47,044 nucleotides of DNA from a virus (lineage: Duplodnaviria; Caudoviricetes), in the IMG/VR virus record IMGVR_UViG_3300017903_002920, positions 1-47,044 of that record. One strand, written 5' to 3'. The notes beneath the pieces were generated by a model. It had not been told where the DNA came from. It was given only the letters and a program-made list of their open reading frames with translations, and made no database searches. Position numbers and translations under genes: made by a program. Below, piece by piece: positions 1 through 8,974 of this stretch; positions within the stretch are counted from its first letter, which is position 1, and each line of letters opens with the position of its first letter.

Positions 1-1146
1 AATAAGGGCAAACATAAGATCAGCAGTAGCAGGGAGACCAAAGGACTCACTAGTATCAGTAAGCTCAACATCAGAGCTACCATAACCAGAACGAGTGGTC
101 TGCGTGGCAGATACGATAGGGACGTTTGCTTCGCAAGCCAGTCCTCTAAGTTCTTCAGCAATAGACTTAATAACCGTATATGAATTAACATTGCTGCCCG
201 CCCGATACCTAGAGGAAGCACAAATATTAAGGTAATCAATGAAAATAATGTCAGGTCTAAATGATTTCTTAAGTGCAAGCTCGTTAAGAAGAGATTTAAA
301 GTGTCCACTATGTGCAGTTGCAGTAGGATATTCTTTGATGATAAGAGTTCCCTTTGTCTTCTGTGCGAGATTATTTACTTTTGTTTCAAAAGTATTCTTG
401 GGAAGTTCAGTGATCTCTTGAATATTTACATTCAGAAGATTTGCATCAATACGTTCTGCAATCTTTTCTTCAGCCATCTCACAAGTGATGTACAAAACAT
501 TCTTGTTCTGTAGAAGACAAGATGATGCCATGTGACACATAAACAAAGACTTACCAACACCAGTACCGGCGAGAGCAATGTTTAGAGTTTTGTTAGGGAG
601 ACCACCTTTCGTGATTTTGTTAAAATATTCAAGATCAAATTCTATCTTACTTTCTTTCTTGTGATACAGAGCAAATCTTTCTTCATAATCCTGTAAGTAA
701 TCATGACCTACATGATTATCAAAACTAACACTCAGTGCATCAGAAAGAATTGATGGAATCGCATCAGGAGCCTTCTTATTATCTTGACCGTCAGCAATCT
801 GAATAGACTCCATCAGTGCAAGATAAATTGCACGTTCTTTACACCACTTCTCAGTGGTGTCACACAACCATTCAAACTCCTGTGGTTCTTCAGTTAGATT
901 ACGGATAAGATGAACTAACTCTTTGAAAGTTTGCTCATTGATATCATTCCTTTTCTCAACTTCAATGCTCAGTACTTCTTGAGTTGGAGTTTCATTATAT
1001 TGATTTACAAAGTCAACAATTTCCTCGAACACAATCTTTTGATTATGATCTTGGAAATAATCTGACTTGATAAAAGGAATTGTTTTTCTTAGATATTCTT
1101 CATTATGTAATAGATTCTTGAGAACAAGAAATTCAACTCTCTCCAT
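1..1146 (-). CDS. g41: Replicative DNA helicase (T4 gp41-like), truncated at the window edge
   Basis: Not in the ORF track because no stop codon falls inside the window. Manual translation from ATG 1146 gives MERVEFLVLKNLLHNEEYLRK...KGGLPNKTLNIALAGTGVGKSLFMCH...YITCEMAEEKIAERIDAN, with a DnaB-type Walker A. It follows uvsX with a 14-bp overlap. Confidence 0.95.
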   Translation of the reverse strand, partial: MERVEFLVLKNLLHNEEYLRKTIPFIKSDYFQDHNQKIVFEEIVDFVNQYNETPTQEVLSIEVEKRNDINEQTFKELVHLIRNLTEEPQEFEWLCDTTEKWCKERAIYLALMESIQIADGQDNKKAPDAIPSILSDALSVSFDNHVGHDYLQDYEERFALYHKKESKIEFDLEYFNKITKGGLPNKTLNIALAGTGVGKSLFMCHMASSCLLQNKNVLYITCEMAEEKIAERIDANLLNVNIQEITELPKNTFETKVNNLAQKTKGTLIIKEYPTATAHSGHFKSLLNELALKKSFRPDIIFIDYLNICASSRYRAGSNVNSYTVIKSIAEELRGLACEANVPIVSATQTTRSGYGSSDVELTDTSESFGLPATADLMFALI

Positions 1147-2140
1147 AACTAAACTCTTTCCGTGCGATTTGATCTAACTTTTCCATGACTTCAGGTGTGA
1201 AGTATTGTTCAGGGTCTTTTAGAATGGCCTTGGCATAAACCTTCTTACCATCAATCTCATACCTCCCCCCAACATTCTTCCACAATCCTCCGATTTCTCC
1301 AAGTTCTAACAAACCATAATACCTATCCAATCCACGATGGTCATAGTAAAGACGAACTGTAACTTCTTTGTTCTCTTTACTCAAACGCGACTTAGCAGTC
1401 TTTGCCTTGATAAGGTTTCCAACAACTTCCGTTCCATCCTTCTCTTTCTTCTTCGAGAGATAAATGATAGTAGAAGCGGAATATTTAAGACCACTACCAC
1501 CACCCATCTCTTTTGTAGGAACATAAGAACCGATAACATCGTAGGTATGATTGGTTACAATCATTGGAATATTTGCTTGACCAAGTTTCAAAGTCAACAT
1601 TCTGAATGCACCTTTGACCAATTGTGATTTGGTCATGTCTCTCACTTGTTTATCTGCCAACGCATCACTGATTTCTTTTTCAGTGGATAACATACCCAAA
1701 GAGTCTAACACAAACATACATGGTTTGCGTTCATCTTCTGGTTTCTTTAAGTATATATCTACAGCCTTAAGTGCTTTGGTCCTGAATTGTTCGATTGTCA
1801 CAACATTTAGGACAACCACACGATTTAGATCAACTCCACGATCTGCTAGGAGTGACTTATTGACAGCTGCCTCAGTATCAAAATACAAGCAATATCCATC
1901 AGGATTAGAGTCCAGAAAATTCTTAACCACTGCGAGGCTAAAAAAAGTTTTTCCAGTGCTAGACTCCCCAGCAATGGCAGTAATCTTATTCCCAGATACA
2001 CCACCAAATATACTACCTGAACAAAGTCCGTTAAAGATGTACGAACCTGTGTCAACATATTTTTCTGTGTCGTCAATTTCTGCTGCGAGTTGTGTATAGT
2101 CATCACCAATCTCTTTTACAATATCCTTTAAGAAATCCAT
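1133..2140 (-). CDS. uvsX: RecA-like recombinase UvsX
   Basis: Walker A AGESSTGKT, YFDTE, VLDSLG and MGGGSGLKY motifs; lies between g43 and g41. Confidence 0.96.
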   Translation of the reverse strand: MDFLKDIVKEIGDDYTQLAAEIDDTEKYVDTGSYIFNGLCSGSIFGGVSGNKITAIAGESSTGKTFFSLAVVKNFLDSNPDGYCLYFDTEAAVNKSLLADRGVDLNRVVVLNVVTIEQFRTKALKAVDIYLKKPEDERKPCMFVLDSLGMLSTEKEISDALADKQVRDMTKSQLVKGAFRMLTLKLGQANIPMIVTNHTYDVIGSYVPTKEMGGGSGLKYSASTIIYLSKKKEKDGTEVVGNLIKAKTAKSRLSKENKEVTVRLYYDHRGLDRYYGLLELGEIGGLWKNVGGRYEIDGKKVYAKAILKDPEQYFTPEVMEKLDQIARKEFSYGES

Positions 2141-4677
2141 TATCCAAAAAATAGTTCGAGGTTTACAGTCTTCTCAACATTCCATCCAATAGCATCAAGA
2201 ATAGTCTTGAGTGGTTCAAGGAAAGCTTTGTTGAATTGTAGTTCGTAGTCAATGTATTTGTCAATTCCAATCTCTCTGGGAAATTCTGAGATGAAAGAGA
2301 TTACATTTTCTCTAATTGGATTTGCTTTCTTGAGATAGATGAACTTAATCTTCTCACCATTATTGATCTCAGAATATTTGTTCTGTAGACCATATTCTTT
2401 AATGTAGTGATTATATAAAAGAGCACCACGAACATGAATAGGAGAACCCTTCCCGTAGATAGTAGAATGACTCTTATGTTTCTTTACATCAGATACAGAT
2501 CTTGGAAATGCAATCTCTTCTGGTGGTAACTTATTGAACTGCTGTCTTGATTCATCGATGAATTTAATGACATCATCTTCAGTACCATTCATCATCAACT
2601 TAAGTGCATCTTTGATCATGGTTCTACATGGTGCGGGAGTAGAAGACTTTACAGCCTCGATACCCATGATCTTCAGTTTAGGTTCTTCATAACGAACACC
2701 TTCACTGTCCCAAACATTGAGGATGTATCTTTTCTTTGCTGTCCAGATTCCACGGTCTGCAATGTTCTCCCGTTTCATCTGCATCTTTTGAGAATATGCG
2801 TTTACATACGTCGCAAGTTCCTGGTAACTCTTCTCGATAAATGGTTCCAGTTTTTCTTCGCAGACCTTATTAAGTAAGGTGACAACTGCTGCTTTGTCGC
2901 CAGACTTAGAACTAAGAAATTGAGAAACAACAGGTCCAAAGTTAATATAGATTGAGTCAGTGTCAGATGCAATGACATAATCCTTTTTCTTTGTTTGTAA
3001 TAGGTTATTTAGATAACCATTTACTTTGTTCTCAATCCAACGAATAGAAGTTTGACCTGAAAGAGTGATTGCTTCAGCATTTGCAAGTTTGAAGAAACGG
3101 AAATATTGATTACCAATTGCACCATAGCAAGAGTTCAGAGCAATCTTACGAGCCATCTGGAAGTTATTAAACTTGGCGATGTCTTTGACTGTCTGATTCT
3201 TCATCTTGACCAAAACAGGATCTTCACGATTCTTCAGTTGGGTCTCAATATCAACCAACTTTTGTTTAGACGCCAACATCTTCTTCTTGAATACTTTACG
3301 TTCTGCATACATCTTCTCCATCAACTCAGGCATGAATCCTTTGATGTCTTTACGGAACATTGCACCATTTGCACAGACTGCATAATCCTTATACATTTCA
3401 AAGGTAATCTCTTTATTCAAGATCTTATCGATGGTAGCAGAAGGATGCTTTTCCTCCACCAGGGTCTCTGGAGAGATGTTGTACTGCATCATCAGGTGAG
3501 GATACAGGGAGTTCAAGTCAAAAGACACCACCCAGTCATAGACCCCTGGTACGGGTTGTTTCACGTAAGCACCCTCATACCTCTTGTCCTTCTCCGAACT
3601 GTCACGAGGAGGGATGACAATGTTTCTCTTCTTCAGATAGTTATAGATGATTGTGTCCCACATACGGACCTGATACATCACATCGACAAAATTGACCTTG
3701 GCGTCATAAGCCATAGTCAATGCCAACTCAATCAGTTTCATCTTGTCTTCCATTCGGTCAACAAGTTCCACGTCAATGATGTTGTAATCTACAAACTTCT
3801 TCCAGTTACCATTATAGAAATCTTTGAATGTATCAAACTCAGAGTGGTCAAGTTTCTTTTGACCAAGTTCTACCTGAGCAATGTAATCCAGTCGATAACT
3901 CTCTTGGTTGGTATAGGTAAACTTCTTATAAAGTTCAAGATAATCAAGTGTGGTGACACCAGCAATATCAAAAACATTAAACTCACGACCATTGATAAAA
4001 ATAGTATCGTGACTGACAATACCCCAAGGAGAAATCATCTTCATCTTCTTTGTACCCATGATTCTATCAATGCGGCCACAAAGATATGGAATATCATACA
4101 GACGACAATTCCAACCAGTTACAACTTCTGGAGGATTTCTACTCCAATGGTATAAGAATGAATTGATCATATCAACTTCATTCTCAAAGTGATAATAAGT
4201 TACATTATCTTTTGTTGGAGTATATGGCTTTCTTCCCCAAGTACTAATCTTCTTTGTTGCATAATCCTGAATGGAGATAGTCAACAACTCTTCTGAACAG
4301 GAGTCAGGATCAGGGAATCCATCTTCAGATTTAACCTCAATATCAATAGTTACAAGATTAATTTTCTTGATGTCAAACTTGATCTCATCTTCAGGATACT
4401 TATCTGAAATATATTGGAACACATACCTATCGTTACCGTAGATCTTAAATCCATCTACATCTTCGTACTTCTTGTAAAATTCTCTACAATCTCTGACAGT
4501 TCCTGGCTGAATTGGTTCTACAGGTTCACCTTCAAGTGTTTTATATTCAGTTTCTCTATTTGATTTTACAAATAGAGTTGGGGAATATTCCTCTTTGAAA
4601 ATGACACTACGTCCATTCTCATATCCACGAACCAGGAAGTTGTTACCAACGACCTGGACATTTGTATAAAAGCGCAT
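2140..4677 (-). CDS. g43: Family B DNA polymerase
   Basis: Exo I DIEV, Pol motifs SFDLNSLYP, KIALNSCYG and SDTDS. At 845 aa there is no room for an intein-sized insert. Confidence 0.98.
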   Translation of the reverse strand: MRFYTNVQVVGNNFLVRGYENGRSVIFKEEYSPTLFVKSNRETEYKTLEGEPVEPIQPGTVRDCREFYKKYEDVDGFKIYGNDRYVFQYISDKYPEDEIKFDIKKINLVTIDIEVKSEDGFPDPDSCSEELLTISIQDYATKKISTWGRKPYTPTKDNVTYYHFENEVDMINSFLYHWSRNPPEVVTGWNCRLYDIPYLCGRIDRIMGTKKMKMISPWGIVSHDTIFINGREFNVFDIAGVTTLDYLELYKKFTYTNQESYRLDYIAQVELGQKKLDHSEFDTFKDFYNGNWKKFVDYNIIDVELVDRMEDKMKLIELALTMAYDAKVNFVDVMYQVRMWDTIIYNYLKKRNIVIPPRDSSEKDKRYEGAYVKQPVPGVYDWVVSFDLNSLYPHLMMQYNISPETLVEEKHPSATIDKILNKEITFEMYKDYAVCANGAMFRKDIKGFMPELMEKMYAERKVFKKKMLASKQKLVDIETQLKNREDPVLVKMKNQTVKDIAKFNNFQMARKIALNSCYGAIGNQYFRFFKLANAEAITLSGQTSIRWIENKVNGYLNNLLQTKKKDYVIASDTDSIYINFGPVVSQFLSSKSGDKAAVVTLLNKVCEEKLEPFIEKSYQELATYVNAYSQKMQMKRENIADRGIWTAKKRYILNVWDSEGVRYEEPKLKIMGIEAVKSSTPAPCRTMIKDALKLMMNGTEDDVIKFIDESRQQFNKLPPEEIAFPRSVSDVKKHKSHSTIYGKGSPIHVRGALLYNHYIKEYGLQNKYSEINNGEKIKFIYLKKANPIRENVISFISEFPREIGIDKYIDYELQFNKAFLEPLKTILDAIGWNVEKTVNLELFFG

Positions 4678-4931
4678 TACTTAACCAGGTCTGTATATTT
4701 GTCTGTGAGTTTACCGTTTGGATCTGCAATGGTCAATATCTTGTCAGAATGAATCATAAACTCATTCTGACCGGTCACATCAACCAACCAAGGAGTCATT
4801 GTTACATTCTCATGTAAAATGAATGGTTCAATCAATTTACAATCAGGTTCACCAATGTCTCCAGATACTTCTTCAATCTGACTGATCAGAACAATATCAT
4901 TCGTCAGAACTAGAATTTTTATCGGTTTCAT
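4677..4931 (-). CDS. Small conserved cyanomyophage protein (predicted Sm-like beta fold)
   Basis: Coupled to g43 by TAATG; shares the pattern hydrophobic strand...P...PW...I..DKI with three other ORFs in the window. Confidence 0.75.
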   Translation of the reverse strand: MKPIKILVLTNDIVLISQIEEVSGDIGEPDCKLIEPFILHENVTMTPWLVDVTGQNEFMIHSDKILTIADPNGKLTDKYTDLVK

Positions 4932-5229
4932 ATTTCAATACTCCTTCAGTGTACATATTTACAAGTTGGTCAATTGGTTCTGTAATAGTCACAATCCAGT
5001 CTGACACTACAGGAATAATATCACTTTTGCTCAGGGGCATCCAAGGTAGAAGTTGAATTCTAGAAGGTGCTTTAGAAATTCCTCCTTCTGTATCATCGAT
5101 TTCTGTGAGGAGTTTTACACTACAGGGATGTTTGAGATAATAACCAACTACCTTTTCTTCAACGGTCATTTCTTGCACTTCTGCAACCACGTCTTCTCCA
5201 GACTTCATCAGTAACAATCTTATGTTCAT
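4897..5229 (-). CDS. Small conserved cyanomyophage protein (predicted Sm-like beta fold)
   Basis: Start moved to ATG 5229 (MNIRLLLMKSGEDVVAEV) because the ORF-track start overlaps the -10 box. Paralogous to 6737-7024. Confidence 0.75.
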   Translation of the reverse strand: MNIRLLLMKSGEDVVAEVQEMTVEEKVVGYYLKHPCSVKLLTEIDDTEGGISKAPSRIQLLPWMPLSKSDIIPVVSDWIVTITEPIDQLVNMYTEGVLKYETDKNSSSDE

Positions 5230-5253
5230 TTTTTTAACAGTATTCCTAAGGTA

Positions 5254-5299
5254 ATTATACAATAAAAAATGGAGGGGTGTCTACTGGATTGTGCCAGTT
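5254..5299 (-). promoter_or_regulatory. Sigma70-like promoter with upstream AACTGGCACA motif
   Basis: Minus strand reads AACTGGCACA (5299-5290), then TAGACA-18 bp-TATAAT (5259-5254), upstream of the two genes preceding g43. Confidence 0.65.
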
Positions 5300-5307
5300 A
5301 CCCCTCC
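5264..5307 (-). terminator. Long hairpin plus U-tract downstream of hsp20
   Basis: GGAGGGGT-A-ACTGG-cacaat-CCAGT-agac-ACCCCTCC followed by ATTTTTT. Confidence 0.75.
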
Positions 5308-5322
5308 GGCCGCGGCGACGAC
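5264..5322 (-). ncRNA. Candidate late small RNA (~60 nt) downstream of hsp20
   Basis: Late-promoter box CTAAATA (5333-5327) overlaps the hsp20 stop. It is followed by GC-rich GTCGTCGCCGCGGCC and the terminator hairpin, with no ORF. Confidence 0.4.
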
Positions 5323-5329
5323 TTACTAT

Positions 5330-5755
5330 TTAGATGTAATCAACACGCTTATGATGTTCTGGAACTACTTTTGTTAGGGTAATTGACAGAAGTCCGTCCT
5401 CAAATACGACGTTGGAGACCTCTGTATCTTCAGCAAGGGTCCAGGATCTTTCGAAGTTTCTTTGAGCCAATCCCTTGTAGACAAACGTTCCCTCTTCATT
5501 AGATGGTTCTTTTTCCCCCCTGACAAAAAGTTTTCCATACTCGGTGTAAGCATTAACTTGCTCCTTTTTGAATCCTGCTAGTGCAATTTCTAATCTAGTT
5601 TCACTATTATTTACCTGTACAACGTTATAGGGTGGGTAATTATTCACAGAGGAACTGAAAACTCTATCAAAATATTCATCCATTCCAATTGAGTTTTTTG
5701 TAATACGATCCATCAACTGCTCAATGTTGGCAGCATTATACTTTGCAAGTGACAT
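5330..5755 (-). CDS. hsp20: Small heat shock protein Hsp20 (IbpA-like)
   Basis: YPPYNV, LEIALAGF, KGLAQRNFER and FEDGLLSI motifs. Start placed at ATG 5755 after the AAGGAG SD. Confidence 0.95.
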   Translation of the reverse strand: MSLAKYNAANIEQLMDRITKNSIGMDEYFDRVFSSSVNNYPPYNVVQVNNSETRLEIALAGFKKEQVNAYTEYGKLFVRGEKEPSNEEGTFVYKGLAQRNFERSWTLAEDTEVSNVVFEDGLLSITLTKVVPEHHKRVDYI

Positions 5756-5790
5756 GTTACTTCTCCTTAATAAGCGAGATTGTGTTTTGT

Positions 5791-5820
5791 GGACCCTTAC
5801 GGCGTCCAATACTACTTATA
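5791..5820 (-). promoter_or_regulatory. hsp20 late-promoter variant and leader hairpin
   Basis: TATAAGTA (5820-5813), then GGAC-GCC-GTAA-GG-GTCC, a GNRA-loop hairpin (5807-5791). Confidence 0.5.
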
Positions 5821-5829
5821 ACAGATACG

Positions 5830-5863
5830 AAAAAAAGCAGTGTAGTAAAAACCACACTGCTTT
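5830..5863 (-). terminator. Rho-independent terminator downstream of regA
   Basis: Perfect 10-bp inverted repeat AAAGCAGTGT (5834-5843) / ACACTGCTTT (5854-5863), running into a T7 tract on the minus strand. Confidence 0.8.
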
Positions 5864-5908
5864 GTAGGGTGTTCCGATTGTAGAGTGTGCCGCACGAAAA
5901 GCACGAAA
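5830..5908 (-). ncRNA. Candidate late small RNA (~80 nt) between regA and hsp20
   Basis: ATAAATA (5916-5910) abuts the regA stop. About 45 nt of non-coding sequence with a TTTCGTGC direct repeat follows, then the terminator. Confidence 0.4.
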
Positions 5909-5915
5909 CTATTTA

Positions 5916-6350
5916 TCAACCTTCTTCGGTTTTTCCTCTCTTACCGATATTATACTTCTGTTCCAGTGTCCAATCACCCTTATCCTTATAAGAAAGAACC
6001 TTGATTTGATTCAATGGTGAAATGTCAAGGACAGAATCTTCTTTGACAATTGTGATAAGTCCCCAATCTGAAAGGAGTTTAGTAATACGATTCCTTCTCT
6101 GAACATCATTTACAGTAAGGTTGGCATATTTACCATCAAGAGCAAACAGTTCTTTGAAATGTACAATGAAGTACTTTCCTTGTTTATGAAGAATATGACA
6201 TGATTGATACAGCTTCTTCTCTTTTCTCGAAGCCACACCAATACGTGTCAGAGTTTCTCTTACCTTAAGAAAATCATCAGGTTCATTAAGTTTAATCTCA
6301 ATCATTTGATCTTGAGACCAATTTACCTGAGGTTCAGAAGTTTGGGTCAT
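5916..6350 (-). CDS. regA: Translational repressor RegA
   Basis: PDDFLKVRETLTRIGVAS...LYQSCHILHKQGKYFIVHFKELFALDG. Confidence 0.97.
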   Translation of the reverse strand: MTQTSEPQVNWSQDQMIEIKLNEPDDFLKVRETLTRIGVASRKEKKLYQSCHILHKQGKYFIVHFKELFALDGKYANLTVNDVQRRNRITKLLSDWGLITIVKEDSVLDISPLNQIKVLSYKDKGDWTLEQKYNIGKRGKTEEG

Positions 6351-6733
6351 TTTTTTCCACCAGTGTCAAGTCGTTGTTTGATAAATTCAATTTGTTCATT
6401 AGATAGTATTTTCAGAACTTGAGATGCTTTCTCAGTACTATATCCATAGTATTGTTTAACAAACTCTAAATCTGATACCTTTTCTTTTTTTATCCAAGGA
6501 GAGAATCTCTTCCTCTTTCTCAATATATTTAGATAAAAATTATATTGCATGTCCTTATCCAAGAAATGATACTTGTTCATTTCATTGGCAATCAACACAC
6601 AATCAAGGTGTCCAGAAAAACAACGATTAATAATATAGGGAGGATACTCTTTAACAAGAGTGGAGTCTTCTTCTAAAAGATTCTCCTTTGTAAAGTTGAG
6701 AGAGTTCAACCAATCCTTCAATTCAATTGCCAT
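6347..6733 (-). CDS. g62: Clamp loader small subunit
   Basis: YPPYIINR, ANEMN, MQYNFY and RKRFSPW motifs; directly upstream of regA. Confidence 0.93.
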   Translation of the reverse strand: MAIELKDWLNSLNFTKENLLEEDSTLVKEYPPYIINRCFSGHLDCVLIANEMNKYHFLDKDMQYNFYLNILRKRKRFSPWIKKEKVSDLEFVKQYYGYSTEKASQVLKILSNEQIEFIKQRLDTGGKK

Positions 6734-6736
6734 AAA

Positions 6737-7024
6737 TCACAAAATAAGTTTACTACTGGGAGTCTTAATTGTAGAGAACATTTCCTCATACTGTTCTACC
6801 AGCTCATCATTTACATTGGCAATATATACAATCCAACGTCTATTGATTTCAAGTTCCTTCTCATCACGATTTAGAAGTGGTGAGTAAGGAGCAAAACCAA
6901 GTCTACCATCACCCTGGTTAAATGCTACAATAGGATTTGAAACTACGATAGTTTCTTCCTTCATCTCAATAACATCTGCAACTACATCCTCACCAGAGGA
7001 CATACGAAATACTTTTACATTCAT
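6737..7024 (-). CDS. Hypothetical protein (Sm-like paralog)
   Basis: MNVKVFRMSSGEDVVADV matches MNIRLLLMKSGEDVVAEV of 4897-5229. It has an AAGGA SD. Confidence 0.8.
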   Translation of the reverse strand: MNVKVFRMSSGEDVVADVIEMKEETIVVSNPIVAFNQGDGRLGFAPYSPLLNRDEKELEINRRWIVYIANVNDELVEQYEEMFSTIKTPSSKLIL

Positions 7025-7048
7025 TTTAATAATCCTTTATAAGTTTAT

Positions 7049-7483
7049 TCAACCACCATCAATTTGACACCCAACAAGTGCCCCACCAACAATGCCTGTA
7101 GGAATAGACCAGATCCAATTTTCTTTTGTGGATAATGTACCACCTGCTGCACCACCTAAAACACCACCAAGGACGGCACCTTCAATACAAGAGTTATCAT
7201 CCTTATACGAATGGTTGTGTCTGGGGTGATAGTGTGGTTGAATGAATTTTGGTCTTTTATTAATTTTACGACAAGGAATTCTAACTCTCTCAGTATACTT
7301 CCTCACGTATCCAGGATTTCTACGAGTTCCTGGAACATACTCTTCACGATAAACTCTCTTGAAACATCTAATTTTTTCTGTTCTTGTATTATGTGAGTAA
7401 AAATGAGTATGGGGTTGATGATACTCATGAGCCATTACTGGAGTAGAGAGACTCAACAGTAAAAGAGGAATAAGTCTTTTCAT
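7049..7483 (-). CDS. Exported His/Arg-rich protein with C-terminal glycine zipper
   Basis: Start at ATG 7483 (ATGA overlap with the g44 stop). Signal peptide MKRLIPLLLLSLSTPVMA and GAVLGGVLGGAAGG...GIVGGALVGC. Confidence 0.8.
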   Translation of the reverse strand: MKRLIPLLLLSLSTPVMAHEYHQPHTHFYSHNTRTEKIRCFKRVYREEYVPGTRRNPGYVRKYTERVRIPCRKINKRPKFIQPHYHPRHNHSYKDDNSCIEGAVLGGVLGGAAGGTLSTKENWIWSIPTGIVGGALVGCQIDGG

Positions 7484-8427
7484 TTGAATTGACACTCCAC
7501 CATAATTTCGGTCAAACAAGCCAACATATTTATCTCCTGATCCGCGACAAAAGAACTCTGATACTGATACTTAGCAATAATGAGAACAGCAGCAGCGATA
7601 CCACTACCATCCAAGTGTGAATATATTGCGTCGTAAACACTACGAAGAAGTACGTGAGGATCGTTATCAAGATTATCCACGACCCACTTCCTGACCTTAG
7701 CAAATTCTTTGTCCCTAAGATTTTTAAAAAGTTCATCGGTTTTTACATTACTAAATGCAGCTAGAATACCAGTATCAATTTTACCACTTACAGAATATCT
7801 CTGTAGTTCATTCAGAACACGTCTCCAATCTGGAAAGTGTTTCTGAATAAGTTCTACCAAGACCTTGTTATCATATTCAATACCCTCTGTAGAAAGGATT
7901 TGTTGGAGGCGGAGATAGAACTTTCCTGCAAGTTCCTGACGTTCTTTTCCTTTGATTGAGAAGTCAACGACTGCACATCTTGAGTGGAGTGGTTGGATGA
8001 TTTTGTTTTTGTAGTTGCAGGTGAAGACGAATCTGCAGTTACCAATAAACTCCTCAGTAAACGCCCGTAGGCAGAGTTGAACATCTGGGGTTGTGTTATC
8101 TGCCTCATCAATGATGATGACTTTGTGTTTTGCAGACGAAGATAGTGAGACGGTCGAAGCGAAATTCTTCGCATTGTTTCTGACAGTGTCGAGGAATCTT
8201 CCTTCATCGGATCCATTGATGACATAATAGTCTACTCCAAGTTCATGACACAGTGCCTTAGCGACTGTGGTCTTCCCACAACCAGGAGGACCAGATAAAA
8301 GAAGGTTGGGCACTTCACCCTTCTCTACAAATTTTTTGAATGTAGTCTTAATCCCGTCAGGGAGAATACAATCTTCAATAGTCTGTGGTCTGTAAGATTC
8401 GACCCAGACAAATTCACTACGACTCAT
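7480..8427 (-). CDS. g44: Clamp loader large subunit (AAA+)
   Basis: WVESYRP, GPPGCGKT, IIDEAD and SRC motifs. Start placed at MSRSEF. Confidence 0.97.
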   Translation of the reverse strand: MSRSEFVWVESYRPQTIEDCILPDGIKTTFKKFVEKGEVPNLLLSGPPGCGKTTVAKALCHELGVDYYVINGSDEGRFLDTVRNNAKNFASTVSLSSSAKHKVIIIDEADNTTPDVQLCLRAFTEEFIGNCRFVFTCNYKNKIIQPLHSRCAVVDFSIKGKERQELAGKFYLRLQQILSTEGIEYDNKVLVELIQKHFPDWRRVLNELQRYSVSGKIDTGILAAFSNVKTDELFKNLRDKEFAKVRKWVVDNLDNDPHVLLRSVYDAIYSHLDGSGIAAAVLIIAKYQYQSSFVADQEINMLACLTEIMVECQFK

Positions 8428-8429
8428 TA

Positions 8430-8957
8430 TCAAATCCAATCAGGTTTGCGATGGGGAAGTCTAACATAGTTATCCTTCACCCAAGGTTTAGATGCGATAT
8501 ACATCTTGTATTTTGTGTAGATATCCACATCATTATTATACTTGAACTCATCGGGTCCAGCGAACACGAAAGGTTTAGGACCCTTCCCAGAACGTCCTGT
8601 AGGGTCTCCTGTGGGGAGAATCTCACGTGCTGCACACAGGGTAAGGAAGCACGTGTGGACCTTCCCATAACGGGCAGCATACTCCTCACACAAAGCAAAC
8701 CCATGAGCAAGTAACCAATTCCAGTTCATCACATAATCATTTGCCCAGATAGTACAGGGATGATTACGAAAGGCACCCTTCTCAGTAGCATAGGGAGTTC
8801 CATCTGCTTTGGGAAGAGTACCGAAATTGTGACCCCATTTTTTAGAACATACAATAGCAAGCATCTGACATGTTTCTAAAGGCATCTTGACAATATGTTT
8901 GTCAGGTAGACTTTTTGCTGATTTGTATGGACTGGGGTCAGTCACAAAAATGTTCAT
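8430..8957 (-). CDS. Pyrimidine-dimer DNA glycosylase / endonuclease V-like protein
   Basis: MNIF...DKHIVKMPLETCQML, NHPCTIW and EYAARYGKVH are typical of the Pyr_excise-like family. Confidence 0.75.
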   Translation of the reverse strand: MNIFVTDPSPYKSAKSLPDKHIVKMPLETCQMLAIVCSKKWGHNFGTLPKADGTPYATEKGAFRNHPCTIWANDYVMNWNWLLAHGFALCEEYAARYGKVHTCFLTLCAAREILPTGDPTGRSGKGPKPFVFAGPDEFKYNNDVDIYTKYKMYIASKPWVKDNYVRLPHRKPDWI

Positions 8958-8974
8958 AATATAAAGTAAGATAC

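Noticed and set aside
3106-4155. 349-aa plus-strand ORF inside g43
   Set aside because: It lies antisense and in codon register with a highly conserved polymerase, a typical shadow ORF, with no motifs or RBS.
5262-5916. tRNA genes in the structured spacers around hsp20
   Set aside because: No cloverleaf or TTCGA T-loop in the proper context.
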